In this document: piece after piece, positions 57,287 through 70,048 of the stretch | How positions within the stretch are numbered: position 1 is the stretch's first letter | Layout: each line of letters opens with the position of its first letter | Assembly: GCF_000400465.1 (NCBI RefSeq) | Contig: NW_008806282.1 | Span: 20,001-268,000 of the forward strand | From: Wallemia ichthyophaga EXF-994 | Taxonomy: Eukaryota > Fungi > Basidiomycota | Direction: 5' to 3' | DNA length: 248,000 nt | The notes under the pieces: model-generated | What the model was told of the DNA's origin: nothing | The model's database searches: none | The model's input: only the letters and a program-made list of their open reading frames with translations | Made by a program: the position numbers and the translations under genes

Positions 57287-58228
57287 ACCTCCTGGTTTAC
57301 CTGTACTTTAAGTCTTTAACTGAATGTATTTGTTATTATTTCTAATTGGCAATTAGTAGTTCAGGACTTTTTGAAGTAGAATTCTTTGTTTAAGGCTGAC
57401 ATTTTCGAAGTTGCGGAGGAAGGTGATTACCTCCCCAGTTTACACCCATTGATATGCGCCAAGTTAATGAGAAGCATGTACATTAAAATCATTTTCAAAG
57501 GTATACAGCTGTGACATATTCACTGAAACGTGATGTAAAATACTTGTGCCTCACTGGCATGAAGTTTTGCATATTTTGTCGTATTCCTGAGACCCTGAAG
57601 AGGACACACGGGACGTCGATACATAGACAACAAGCTTGTTGATGCCTTTACCTAGGTGAGACAGATTTCGAACGTCATCAGCGGAGTCATCATCATCTTC
57701 AAATCGGAATGAGTCAAATTTGAAGCAACCGACAGCGAGCTATTTAAGCTTAACGTGACCGTCAGTAGTATTCTTTCTTATCTAAAATGATGCTCTCTGA
57801 AAGGCTTACACCAACATATGTCGAGAGCTAATCTTCCGAGCCTGTTTGAAGTTAAAGAGTGATTTCGATGTAATAAGTTACGAATTTATAATAAATGATC
57901 ATATGTATAAGCTCAATTGAGAGATTGGAAGAGTTCAAGTATGGCTTCGGTTGTTTCGGAAGAGGTGAAAGCTGGTAAATAGATACACAGAGCCTTAAAT
58001 AATTAGAGCATAGTGTTTGTAATATCCTACCTAAAGATAATTGCGCTTATCAAGTGGCTGCGAGACAATTGATATGCTCTCAAGTCGAGAAAGATCACAA
58101 GGAACAAATCGGAGGAGTTAGAGTATTTAAATAAGCAGCTACAACACTAGGATATTGTTTTACAAATTTTATTCGATGGAAGGCTGATATCATTGAAGAA
58201 GACGCTGTTAAAGTCAACGACGTCAAAG

Positions 58229-58616
58229 ATGGACGAAGCAACGCAAGTGAGTGGCTGTAAAATTCGCAGCGAAATATCTCATATGAAACAGCGCGAACTG
58301 AATACTTTCGTTGAACAAGAACAAGCCAAGGCCAAGTTGCAATCTTCTACACACACATTTACGGAAATGTGCTGGAACAAGTGAGCGAGTGGGGCATCTC
58401 CTATAAATACTAACAGTCACAAAGGTGCATTACTGGCTCAATTAGTTCCCGCTTCTCAAAGTCTGAGGAGTCTTGTTTGGTGAACTGCGTTGACCGATTC
58501 CTGTGAGTGATGATCTTCTCTTGATACTCATCTAAATCTGAATATTATACAGTGACACATCATTACACATTGTTAAAGCATTGGACCACCAAAGGCAACA
58601 AATGCAACCTCAATAG
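58229..58616 (+). CDS. TIM8: Small Tim chaperone Tim8
   Basis: FTEMCWNKC..EESCLVNCVDRFLD twin CX3C. Confidence 0.9.
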
Positions 58617-58695
58617 ATTCCTATACATGACCTACGCCATTAATAAGAACTGTTCTTTATTAGTTGAGTACAGCTAGAATTACATTAAGAAAGAC

Positions 58696-61129
58696 CTAAA
58701 ATGGTTGAGGAAAGTTATTTGAATGGTTGCGCGTGAAAGAAAACTGTTGGAGCATTTTCAACATCCCCTTATCACCATCTCCGCCGAAACCGTCCTCCAA
58801 ATTGTTTTGTTCTCCTTCATATTCGTACACCTCTCCTAAGCCAAACTCAGGCGATTTTATACCTCCATTACGCCTAGACGATGGCATGACTGAGTCAGAC
58901 ATTTTCTGCACAAAGACTGATCCTGCCTGGTCGCTCGGAATCCACTTGGGATTTGCAGCTTTGAAATTCATCACACTCTTCTCCAATTTTCCATCCTGGC
59001 TCATTAGTTTCACATTTTGAGCATCTTTAGGTGCACCAAACTAGATACCATGTTAGTGGTATCTTAGATTGTACACAAACAAGCCTACCTTTGTGTTACC
59101 GTGTCTGACGAAATCAAAGTGTGCAAAAGAGCAGATATAACCAAGCTGATCAACCTTGACAGTCGACTGAGACACAAAGTCAATGATCGCTGGTGAGGAT
59201 TTTGGTAAAGAGTAGTAGAGAATAAGAGGCGTAAAAACGACTGAAAGAATCTCTTGAAGGAAGATAACTATTTTGAGCTCAAATAGCTTTGAAAATTCCC
59301 TATGAATGCTCTTTGAGTGCATTTGACTTTGCCATTCTTGGGGCAGATGGTGAGTATAAGCGCATGCCCTCCTCAAAAGTCTTTCGGGGTCATTAACTTC
59401 ATTCTCTACTGGTACCATTCCACGAGCAATAGCGAGAATTGTCCCAAACAATCCAATGTAGAATACAGTCGTGCGCTGTGGAGATATCTCAAAATGCAAA
59501 AACATGTCTTAGAAGGAATTAGCAGGGCATGTCTTCAAAAATAGTCTGCATACCTGGATCTATAACAGATGCGAGTATTAGAACAGCGGCAAATGAACCA
59601 GCCACAAAGGCTACAAAGCGCGCCACGATTGCTGCCTTTTCGTTGGGAAATTGCACAATGTATTTTTGGGCATCGTCGTAGGACATATTGAGACGCTTCT
59701 GAAAAATATGTTGAAGCTCGTTAAACTCTCTAAACTTCCACCTTGCAAGCTCGGTGTAATTTCTAGAGCCTATTGAAGATGGATTCTTGTGATACTCCTC
59801 GAAATACCTAAAGAACGAGTAGAAGAGTAGAAATATGACTAAAAATGGAGCAAGAAGAGCGTTTATGAACGCCAAAACTGTAAAGCGCTTCTTCAATCTA
59901 AAATGTGTTAGTCATCTGGTTAGTAAAAACAGTCACACTAACTCTTGGACATTGCGACCACGTGCTGAAGATTGGAGTATTTCAGGCTTAACTTGACCTT
60001 TCTCGTCAAAGACGTGTCCAAGCAACGCAAATGAGAGATTCCACTCTAACGCCTTTGTCAAGCCATTTGACGTTGCGAAACTGAGCATCTTGTTAATAAT
60101 TCGGTTTTGGATGGGTATATTGATATTCAAGAGGTCCTTGTTGAATAGCGCAATGAGATAATTCTCCTGTCGCATGATTCTGTTTGCGACATCAAGCACA
60201 TCAAGCTGTGCAACCGGATTATGAGAAACATCCACACTCGATAACGCAGTCAAAGGGTTGGACTGCCTAATATGAGAGATCCGCGACACGATTTCCTCCC
60301 ACGATATAGTCTGAACATCACTCTGGAGGTGAGTTAGCGATGCTATCAAGGGAGCCAAACGAAAGACTTACATCAGGAATATGCAGGACGTGTGTGTAGA
60401 ACTTGTACATGTCGACAAGAGCTCGCATTGACAGCACGAATGTTAGTACCTGGTATACATAAAAGGTACCAAACGCAAGCAGCCATATCCAAGTTAAGAA
60501 AGGGAACCTATCGAATTGTTAGTAAGCAATGTATCGAGATACTAACTTACCTGGAAACGCAATGAGGAATTACTATATCAGACAGATTGCCGTTGTGTGT
60601 AATAGCAGAATAGTCGATACAGCCCAAGAGGAAGGTAGAGAAGATGAAAACAAAACCAACGGTAGCGAGGTTGAGAGCTCTCGTAAGAATGATGCAGTAA
60701 ATACCCTTATTTGTGTAATATCCATATGCCTGCGAGAGGATTACGTCAATAAGATAGTGGATGAGGATATCTACGCACGTCTTGAAGGAATTTGTCAAGA
60801 TTCTGGACATTAACCCATTTCCACATAGCGAGTTGATGTGCACTCATGCTCCTGCTACTAGGCTGGTAGCTGCTGTTGCGTTGTTGCTGTGGTAAGGGGA
60901 TTGATGGTTCCGTGTGGGTGTACTTGATGGGGATATCTCTACGATCATCTAGGCTAGTACGCTGATCACCTTCAACGAGGATACTGGGCGGTGGGCCATC
61001 ATCTTCATCTGTATGGCGTGGATTGAGCTCGACGGTCTCGTGGATATCCTGCTCGTCGTCTTCAAGTGGAGCGTAAGTACTCCTTCGCGAATTCATCAGC
61101 ATATTTAATATCGGGGTACTGATATCCAT
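58696..61129 (-). CDS. ATG9: Autophagy lipid scramblase Atg9
   Basis: WKWVNVQNLDKFLQDVY, LDVANRIMRQENYLIAL, WKFREFNELQHIF, GYICSFAHFDF. Confidence 0.92.
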
Positions 61130-61204
61130 CTGTTATTTTATTGGTGGTTGTTATGATTAAACCCGAGAGATAAGATGGCGGCCTCTTAATCATATACGTC
61201 CATC

Positions 61205-63505
61205 ATGTCAGTTCATTAGTTGTTATTTTCTCCGCTAACAGCCCAGCAGGTCTCGTGTCATCGTTAAGGGATTACCGTCAACGGCTGATAACAGTGCGCT
61301 GAGAACTCACTTCGGCAGCAGAGGTGCGACTATCACAGACGCTAAGGTGGTTTTTAAGAAGGGCAGCGGGGTGGGCACGAGCAGACAATTAGGGAAATCC
61401 AGGGGTTTTGGTTTCGTAGGATTTAAAACGCCAGAAGAAGCCCACGAAGCTTTGCAATTCTTCAACAATACATACTGGGGCACATCGAAGCTCGAAGTTG
61501 AACTTATTAGTGACAATAAGAGTATTCAAGAGCAGCTTCTTGACGGTAAAGAGACTAGAGCGAAGCGTAGAAGGAAGGAAGGAAACGAAGGTAAGGAGGA
61601 GTCAGACAGTGAGGATGAATCAAACAAGAGAATAAAGACACTTAAGCCTGTACATCTCAAGGCTATCGAGATGCAGAAAGCAAAGAACAATACTGGCAAT
61701 GTGGATCAAGGCCAAGTTGAGGACGTAGAGAAGGATGTAAATACAGAAATGTCTGATCTGGATTACATGCGCGCTAGAATGAAAAGGCGTCATATTCCCG
61801 AAGAGCTCGACGACCCAAGCAATAGAGTCCCCGAACACCCACCACAGCCACAGGAAACACCAGAACAAGCTGAAGCTCGTAAGCAAGCAGAGGTTATCGA
61901 TCAGGTTATGGAAACAGCTCGTATTTTCCTTCGTAATTTGCCATTCAGCTGCACTGAGGAGGACCTCAAGACGGAGTTCTCCAAGTTTGGCGTTGTAAAC
62001 CAAGCTCATATACCGCTTAGTAATGATACAAAGACTCCCATTGGTATGGCTTACATCTCATTTGCATCTCCAAATTCTGCAGTTGCTGCTTTTAAGGCGT
62101 CGGACGGATCAATTTTCCAGGGAAGACTACTTCACGTCCTTCCTGCAGTTAACAAGCGTGCACCTCAGGATCAATCAAATGCAAGCTTTAAAAAGATTCG
62201 TAATAAGGATAGAAAAGAGGGCGCTGAGAGCAGAGATTTCAGTTGGTCTGGTTTATATATGAATGTAGGTAGCAAGTGTGAGGCGATTCAAGTACACTAA
62301 CACACTTTGCGTAGGCTGATGCAGTTGTCAGCTCTCTTGCATCAAGATTGAAAATAGATAAATCTGAGATACTCAGCTCAGAATCCTCTTCTAATCCAGC
62401 AGTCAAGGTTGCTTTGGCAGAGACACACATTATTAACGAAACAAAAGGATTTTTGAAAGATCAGGGGGTGAATTTAGATGCATTCTCTCCCGAAAACAAA
62501 GGACCTAGACTTGAGAATACAATCCTAGTGAAAAACATTCCATTTGGGACGAGTGTCGATGACCTTGATGCAATTTTCAGACCATTTGGAGAAATAGGCA
62601 GGCTGCTTTTACCACCAGCTGGTACGATTGCAGTAGTTGAATTCACATTACCTCAAGATGCTCGCACAGCGTTTAAGAAGCTAGCGTACAAGAGATTGGG
62701 CAACTCCGTCCTGTATCTCGAAAAGGCGCCAGACGGAATATGGAGTAAAGAGCAACCATCTTCAGAGGCTATCGCTGGTGGACCTAAACCAGTCGAAGTG
62801 AAGGAGAATGAAGCATCCAATGAGGATGGAGGAGAAGCAGCCAGCACGCTCTTTATTAAGAACATTGCATTCAGCAGCACCGAATCTAAGCTTGCTTCCA
62901 TATTCTCCTCCATTTCTGGATATAGATACGCAAGAATACAAACTAAACCTGATCCTAAGAAGCCTAGCAACCGACTAAGCATGGGATATGGTTTTGTTGG
63001 ATTTGATAATGAAGAGCACGCAAAGCATGCCCTTTCAACGATGCAGAACTACGTTTTAGATGGGCATTCACTGCAAGTTAAATTCGCACAACGTGGCAAA
63101 GAGTTAGACTCTACAAACACCACTTCGATGGGTCAATCGAAGACGACAAAGATGATTGTCAAGAATGTTCCGTTCGAAGCAACGAAGAAGGATGTCAGAG
63201 AGCTGTTCGGTATGCATGGTCAGCTCAAATCTGTCAGAGTGCCGCGCAAATTCGACAGAAAGACGCGCGGTTTTGCCTTTTTGGACTTTGTTACAAGGAG
63301 GGATGCGGAGATCGCTTACGAGAGTCTAAGACATACACATTTGTTGGGGCGTCACTTAGTTCTTCAATGGGCTGATGATGAGGCCGCGAATGACATTGAT
63401 GCTCTCAGGGAGAAGACTGCGTCGTCGAGGTCGACCAATATGCCAACGAACAAGACCAAGTTTGTTGGACCGGAGGATTTGGCGTTGGAGGATACTAGCG
63501 ACTAG
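61205..63505 (+). CDS. MRD1: Multiple-RRM ribosome biogenesis protein Mrd1
   Basis: MSRVIVKGLP (AT^G split), five RRMs, SGGPAVKVAL-like motif, HLLGRHLVLQWA. Confidence 0.9.
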
Positions 63506-63593
63506 AATTGTGAGATTAGTGCATGAATAGATATTTATTGTTATATAACTTTAAGTTATTTGTCTCTTTCTCACCACCACCGATAAGCTATCG

Positions 63594-65169
63594 ATGACGC
63601 TGCCATATTACAGAATATCATCGACTTTAGAAGGGCACAGCGATGATGTGAAAGCTGTGCATGGCTGCTCAGACAATTCAATTTTATCAGCCAGCAGAGA
63701 CGGGAGTGTGAAAAGATGGACGATGGATTTGAACGAGTACAAGCTGGAAGGGACATACGTAGGGCATGGTGCGTATGTGAACAGCGTGGTATACAATGAG
63801 GGTGAGTCTTTCTCCGCTCACTAGCACGTTTACGCTCACACTCCAACGGACGTGAAAGAGATAATCTCAGGAGGTTCAGACTCGAGGGTGTTAGTGCACG
63901 ATTTGGACCGTCAGGACAAGCCCCGCGAGACCCTGCTAGAGCATTGGGGCAACGTTTGCTGTTTATCAGTACACTCGGAAACACTAGTCAGCGGCAGCTG
64001 GGATTTGAGTGCGCGGGTGTGGAGAGCGCAAAAAGGGCAATACGAGCAGACGCTCAGACTAGACGGACATGAAGAGGCAGTTTGGGACGTTAAATGTCTT
64101 TGCGATGGCTCCTTCCTGACAGCCTCAGCTGATAAGGTTATTCGCCGGTTTGATAAGTCCGGAAGGCTTATCAAGCGCTATCAAGGACACTCCGAGCCCG
64201 TTCGCTCACTTGCTTTGTTGAATAACGACGCCTTCTTCTTGTCGGCGTCTAATGATGGCACACTGCGCAAGTGGGCTGTCGAGACTGGAGAGCAAGTGTG
64301 CGTTATGCGTGGACATTCGTCGTTTGTGTATGCAGTGGCTGCACTTGCATCGCCCACCGATGATGATTTCGTTGTCAGTTGCGGAGAGGATTTTGAAGTG
64401 AGATTGTGGCTGGGTGAGTTTGGGCTATTGCAGTGCCTCCTTTATGGCTAATCGAAGAACCAACTTCAGGTGAAACCTGCTTGCAGACTATTCTCATACC
64501 CGCTGTGTCTATCTGGAGCGTCACTGTGCTTCCGAATGGCGATTTCGCAGTCGGTACTTCGCAGAATCTTGTTCATGTCTTCACACGTGCGGAAGAGCGT
64601 ACAGCTACCAATGTAGCTTTAGATGTGGGTTTTGTGGTTTATCGGTAGCTGTGTCTCAGACAATAAATCAGGAATGGGAAGCACAATCAGCGCAGCTGAA
64701 GGAGAGGTTTGTGACTGTACACTTATCGTCCTTAACACTAACAAAGCCAGACAAACGGGCAGATCAGAAGAGCGGTTGGTGAATGAAAAGTCACCGGTAC
64801 TGATTGATATAGACGTCGATGATGACACACCGAATCTGCAGCTCAAGTGGGAAATGGGCGATGATGTAAACGAGACTGCCAGGAGGTTTGTCGAGGAGCA
64901 CAGCTTGTCGCCGAACTATGAAGATCAGATAGCGCAGTTCCTATGGCAGGCCGTGGGAGGCGTAGGAGGGGTGGAGGTAGGACAGCAGATTGATAGCGTT
65001 GAGGGTGCGCATAATGATGCGGAAGCAGAGTCAGAATCAGAATCAGAATCAGAGTCAGAAGAGTCATTAAAGCCGCCAAAGTCAAATTCACAGTCAGAGT
65101 CAAAATCAGAGTCGCCAAAGTCAAAGACAAAGTCGCCAATTAAGCGACTCGCAGAAATACTAACATCCA
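63594..65169 (+). CDS. DOA1: Doa1/Ufd3/PLAA WD40 + PFU region; no PUL domain; reading frame continues into the sirtuin
   Basis: LEGHSDDVKAV WD40 repeats, IPAVSIWSV, PFU (IDIDVDDD..LQLKW..ARRFVEEHSLSPNYEDQIAQFL). Confidence 0.8.
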
Positions 65170-65213
65170 GTGCGAGTAGGTAGCATAGAAAGTGTCAAGA
65201 AATGACTAACCAG

Positions 65214-66067
65214 GTTGTGCAGCTAGGAGGGTGATTGTGATGGCTGGCGCTGGAGTATCGACGGGTGCGGGACTACCAGATTTCCGCTCACCTAACACGG
65301 GGCTGTACGACAATCTGAAGCAATACAATCTGCCCTACCCGGAGGCGGTTTTCGATGTGGATTTCTTCCGGGAGCAGCCCGAGCCATTTTACGCTTTAGC
65401 CAAGGAGCTATACCCTGGGTCGTACCTGCCTACGATGACGCATTATTTCTTCAGACTGCTTGAAGTGCGAGGCATTCTCAAGCGCGTGTTCACGCAGAAT
65501 ATCGATACATTGGAGAGAGTAGCGGGTGTTTCTGACGAGAAGATGGTAGAGGCGCACGGGTCGTTTGTGCGAGCTCGTTGCATAGATTGCAAGGTGGTGA
65601 GCGATGGGGCATACGTCAAGCGGTGCGTAATGCAAGGTGTCATACCACGCTGTCAAGAGGAGAACTGCTCGGCTTATGTTAAACCTGATATAACATTCTT
65701 CGGAGAGGCTCTCCCGAAAAGGTTCTTCGATCAGCTGGATGACTTGGGTGAATGCGATCTGCTCATGGTGCTCGGGACTTCGCTCGAGGTGCACCCTTTC
65801 GCTAGCCTCATTGGTTTGGTGGAGAAGAGCGTTCCGCGCGCGCTGCTCAATCTTGAACGTGTGGGTGAGCGCAAGTATGACGGAGGGTTTGATTTCGAGG
65901 ACGGGAGCAGGGATATCTTCTGCGGAGGTAGAACAGACAATGTCATTGTCGAGCTGGCCAAGGAGTGTGGGTGGCTCGATGAACTGATGGAGCTGTACAC
66001 CACTGAGCGGGGAAGCAAGGCGAAAGAGTTTGCACTGGAGGGTGCGCTCGACAAGTTGAGATTGTAG
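65214..66067 (+). CDS. HST2: NAD-dependent deacetylase Hst2/SIRT2 domain (apparently fused to upstream DOA1 frame)
   Basis: VMAGAGVSTGAGLPDFRSP, FTQNIDTLE, EAHGSF, CxxC..CxxxxC zinc site, KPDITFFGE, GTSLEVHPFA. Confidence 0.9.
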
Positions 66068-66226
66068 AGTTGTTTTACTACTATCACATAATGACGTATC
66101 AGAATGGCTTAATAACATATTACAAGTTAAAGGTAGTGAATAGCCTGCTAGCTTAGATATTTTAACAACTGGAGAGTTGAGAAAGAGGGAGATAAAAGCA
66201 TGAGCCCTAAAAAAAAGAAGACCCAT

Positions 66227-66664
66227 CTACTCATCGTCTTCGTCACTCTTAGCCTCCTCTTCGTCATCATCGATTTCTTCCTTCTTTGCAGGTTTCTTAG
66301 ATTTAGTAGACTTCTTGCTATTCTTGCTTTTCTTTTCATCCTCGTCGTCATCGTCATCCACCTTGTCTGCCTCCTTGCTAGATTCATACTCTTTCTTTTC
66401 TTTTTCATATCTGGCTTTATCAGCCGCAGCCATATCCTCGTATGGCTTCCTCTCCTCACTGCCCATTTCCTTCCACTTGGCACCGAGCAGTCTACCAATT
66501 TCGCCAAAGGATACTTTGTCATTCTCTTCCTTTACGCGAGGACGCCATTCTTGTGACATGTACATGTACGCAGATAGCGCGCGCTTGGGAGCGTTTTCAT
66601 CTTTCTTTCCTTTTGTGGATGCTTTCTTGGTATTAGCGCGTGGTTTTGTCTCTGCTTTTGGCAT
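66227..66664 (-). CDS. NHP6: HMG-box chromatin protein Nhp6
   Basis: KDENAPKRALSAYM..SFGEIGRLLGAKWKEM. Confidence 0.9.
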   Translation of the reverse strand: MPKAETKPRANTKKASTKGKKDENAPKRALSAYMYMSQEWRPRVKEENDKVSFGEIGRLLGAKWKEMGSEERKPYEDMAAADKARYEKEKKEYESSKEADKVDDDDDEDEKKSKNSKKSTKSKKPAKKEEIDDDEEEAKSDEDDE

Positions 66665-66709
66665 CTGCGGGAGGTGTTAAACAAGTATGGGGGTGTGAGG
66701 AATGTGGTT

Positions 66710-66714
<5 letters not shown>

Positions 66715-66750
<36 letters not shown>
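66715..66750. repeat. (GT)n microsatellite
   Basis: About 18 GT units directly visible. Confidence 0.95.
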
Positions 66751-66752
<2 letters not shown>

Positions 66753-67165
66753 TAGCGGGAGCAGCATCGCTGCAAATGTCTAGAGTACCTGGGAGTCATC
66801 TGCAAGTTATCTTGGCCTCTACGTTTTCTTTCCATCTCATCTCCCTCATCTCCACCGAAAACGCGCGCGAATGGACACACGCACAAAAAACACCACAGCA
66901 GCCACGACCATCATCCTCATCTGTGCAGAAATACCCACTTTTAATTAACTCCTCGTTGTTTTGCGCAGAGTGCCACGCCTGGTGTGGTCTGCTGGAGAGG
67001 CGGGCCATTTTTTATTTTAATTGAAAGCAGAACAAAGGTAAGGCGGCGGAAAAGGAAGGCGGGAGTGAAATATGTGAGTTTGTAAAAGTATAATTGAATA
67101 TAGATGTTAGATGTAGATGATTTATACGTGAATAAGACTACGTGTTTTGTGTGTAAACTACTGCA

Positions 67166-69991
67166 TTACTGCACAGCGCCCATGATCAATTCACAGGTGA
67201 AGCTATTAGGTGACCTAACGACCATCTCGAGGTTGACGCCTTCACCCTCCTCGAAAGCCATTCTGGCCATAGCGAGTACCTTGCCTTGAGCACTACCGCG
67301 GATGATACACCCACTAAGGCGGAGAGTGTGGAGGTGAGCGCTACCCACGACATCCGATCCACCCAAAGCCATCATACCGAGAAGGGCGGTGAGAGCGTCT
67401 GTAGCTTCCTGTAGACTACCCATAGCGGAGAGGGTGAAAGAGTCGCGTAGTTCACTGTGTTCGCTGTGCTCCATCGACATTGCCTCCCATTCTCCATCGA
67501 AACTGACCCACTCAGGACGTACATAGTCACTTATACCCAGTTCCACGTCATCCACTTGATATTCATCCGCATATCCCTCCTCCTCCACCATACCACTATC
67601 TGGATCTACCTCTTTGGTGGTAAAGGTGAGAGTGTTGGAGAGTGCGCCAGTGGGGTAGCCCGCATTGTCACCGTTACCGTCACCTTCATCGTCAATAAAC
67701 GAGTAGCTCACGTACGTACTCCGTTCGCCATCTGCAACTGTAAGTGTATCGATGGGAAGGATAAAGTCCTCGCGCAGGCTACCACCCACATCACCAAGAC
67801 CCATCAACACACTTACCCCATCAAGTACCGCCTCTGGGACCGTGTTGCGCACGTGGTATTCAAACACTACATGCTCGCTGAAGAGGTGCTTCTGTACACT
67901 CACTACATACTCCGTCTCCTCTTCTGTGAGATGGACTGGTGGCGATGTGTGCAATGGAGCACCGTATCCAGCGAATTCTGGGATAGACGTGATGTTGGTG
68001 GTGCTCGACAAGGCATGTGAATTGTGTGCAGATGTCGCTGCAGAAGCAGGTGCATCGTGTGATAAGAGCAATTCTTCAGAGTGAGCGGTTGCGTTATCCT
68101 TGTTATTTTTGCTATTTTCACTCTCACCCTGCTTCTCACCTAGGTCTCCCAACCTACCGACATGGGTATCCAATCTGATTTGGTCCTTGGGCATGCGTGG
68201 GATAACGGCAGAGTTGAAAGGCTCTTCATAATTTTGCTCTGTGGTATATGTGCAGAGGGATTTCTCCAATACACCCACACTCCATGTGTGCTCCTCGTGC
68301 GTCGTACGCTTGGCAAGCTCGTCGTCGTGAATAATACGCATGTACATGGCAGCTCTGTCGCGCACCTCGTCATCGCTATCGTCGAGACAGCGTCCGAGGA
68401 GCACTTTAACTGAACGTCTAACATGTTGGGCAGCGTATGCGACGTTTGTGCCGAATTTTGCCAAACTAGATACAGCAGCGGCGCGTACGATTGCATTCTC
68501 CAACACTACACGGTTGTATATATGGCGAATGTACTTGGTAGGCTCGGGTGTAGAGGGGCCTTCCACACCAAGCAAGTGCAATACACGCACGGATAACTTG
68601 GTGAACTCGCAATCTTCAATAAATTCACAAAGGTGGGCCAGTGCCATCTCTTTGCTCTCGCCTATACCCTTTATCATGTCGATTATCGCTTCCACTACCG
68701 CACGTTTGAAGTCATACCCTCCCTCATCACGTAAGGCCTGCGAGAGGAAAGCGAGCATTGCGGGGTATTTATTAGGGAACTTGAGACATAAAGTACGGAC
68801 GGCATCCACCACTATCACCTTGAATTCATCGGAAATTTCAAGCATGAAGGAGGAAATTTGCTTCATTAGCCTATCTACGCTGGCTTCATTGCCTGTCTTT
68901 AGCAAGGTGGTGATTGCGAAAGTGGCAATGGAGCGGTTAGAGTCGGTAATAAGGTTTTCAATTTCGAGGTTGCAGGATGAGACGGTAAGAGGGTGTCTCT
69001 GTGCAAGGTCGTTGAGAGTGCGAATGGCAGCGAATTTGAGGGGAGTGTTGGGGGTGCTGAGAGCGAGTTGAAGAACAGCGACAGGACGAGAGAGATGAAC
69101 AGGAGTAGCACCATTCCACTGGCAGATAGCTCTCGCAGCTTCAATGGAGACCATGTCAGATTTATTGCGTAACCAGGATTCCAATAGGGGGAGGATGGAT
69201 GAGGAGAGGTTTGGATCGGAATTGATTAGGCGTGAGGAGTAGCGCACGAGCATTGAAAGGGCTAGAGGGTTTCTAAGGGAGGAAGGCGATTGGGTGAGGG
69301 ACTGAATGAGTTTCGAAATAGCGACTCTGTCTTTATGACGGATATTGTAGAGCAAACCGAGAGCGTGGTATTGGGCGGTAGATGAGGGGTTAGTGGACAA
69401 GGCATCAAACACCTCGTTTGACCATCTGTTGATGGTATCGGAAGCTTGTGGGTGGATGTGGTAGGATGAGACGAGTGCAGAGGAGGAAATAGCGGGGGAT
69501 CTGTCGACGATGGCATTCTTATAAAACCTTTCAAATGATTGGATCATGGAAGGGTGAGTGATTGCAGCGAGAGTTCTGATTGCATTTGGGCGGTAAATGA
69601 GGTTTGAATTTGGCTGAATATCTTTAATAATCGAGGAGGTGGCCATGAGAACATCGTCAGCCTGGTTTGATAGCTGCTTCACCACCAAGTAAACCATCTG
69701 CCTCAAAGCAGGATCTTTGTTTTGGAATAATTTGGTGATGGAGAAGAAAAGGTTTGTAGATTCTAGTCTGTTGAAGCTGTCGTCGAGCAATAAATATGAC
69801 AGCTTGGTCAATAGAATCCTTGAATTCCTCGGACTGATTGGTGATTGGTTGAATATTCTAGCCTCTTGGAATATAGTAGTCTGGGTGTGGTTAGATGGCT
69901 ACAAATCGGCGTAAATAACCCAATAACCCACCTTGTCTTGATTTAAATTATTTAATTTATCATCTTCATCCTTTTTTATATTCAAGTTCAT
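67166..69991 (-). CDS. SEC21: Coatomer gamma subunit
   Basis: TTIFQEARIFNQSPISPR, EGGYDFKRAVVE, DDEVRDRAA. Confidence 0.92.
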
Positions 69992-70048
69992 GGTTGATGC
70001 GTTGGATAGACAGATACAACGACCAAGATACTTTGAATAAAATAAAAA

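Noticed and set aside
60545-60555. ACTTACCTGG resembling the U1 snRNA 5' end
   Set aside because: It is the reverse complement of an ATG9 5' splice site
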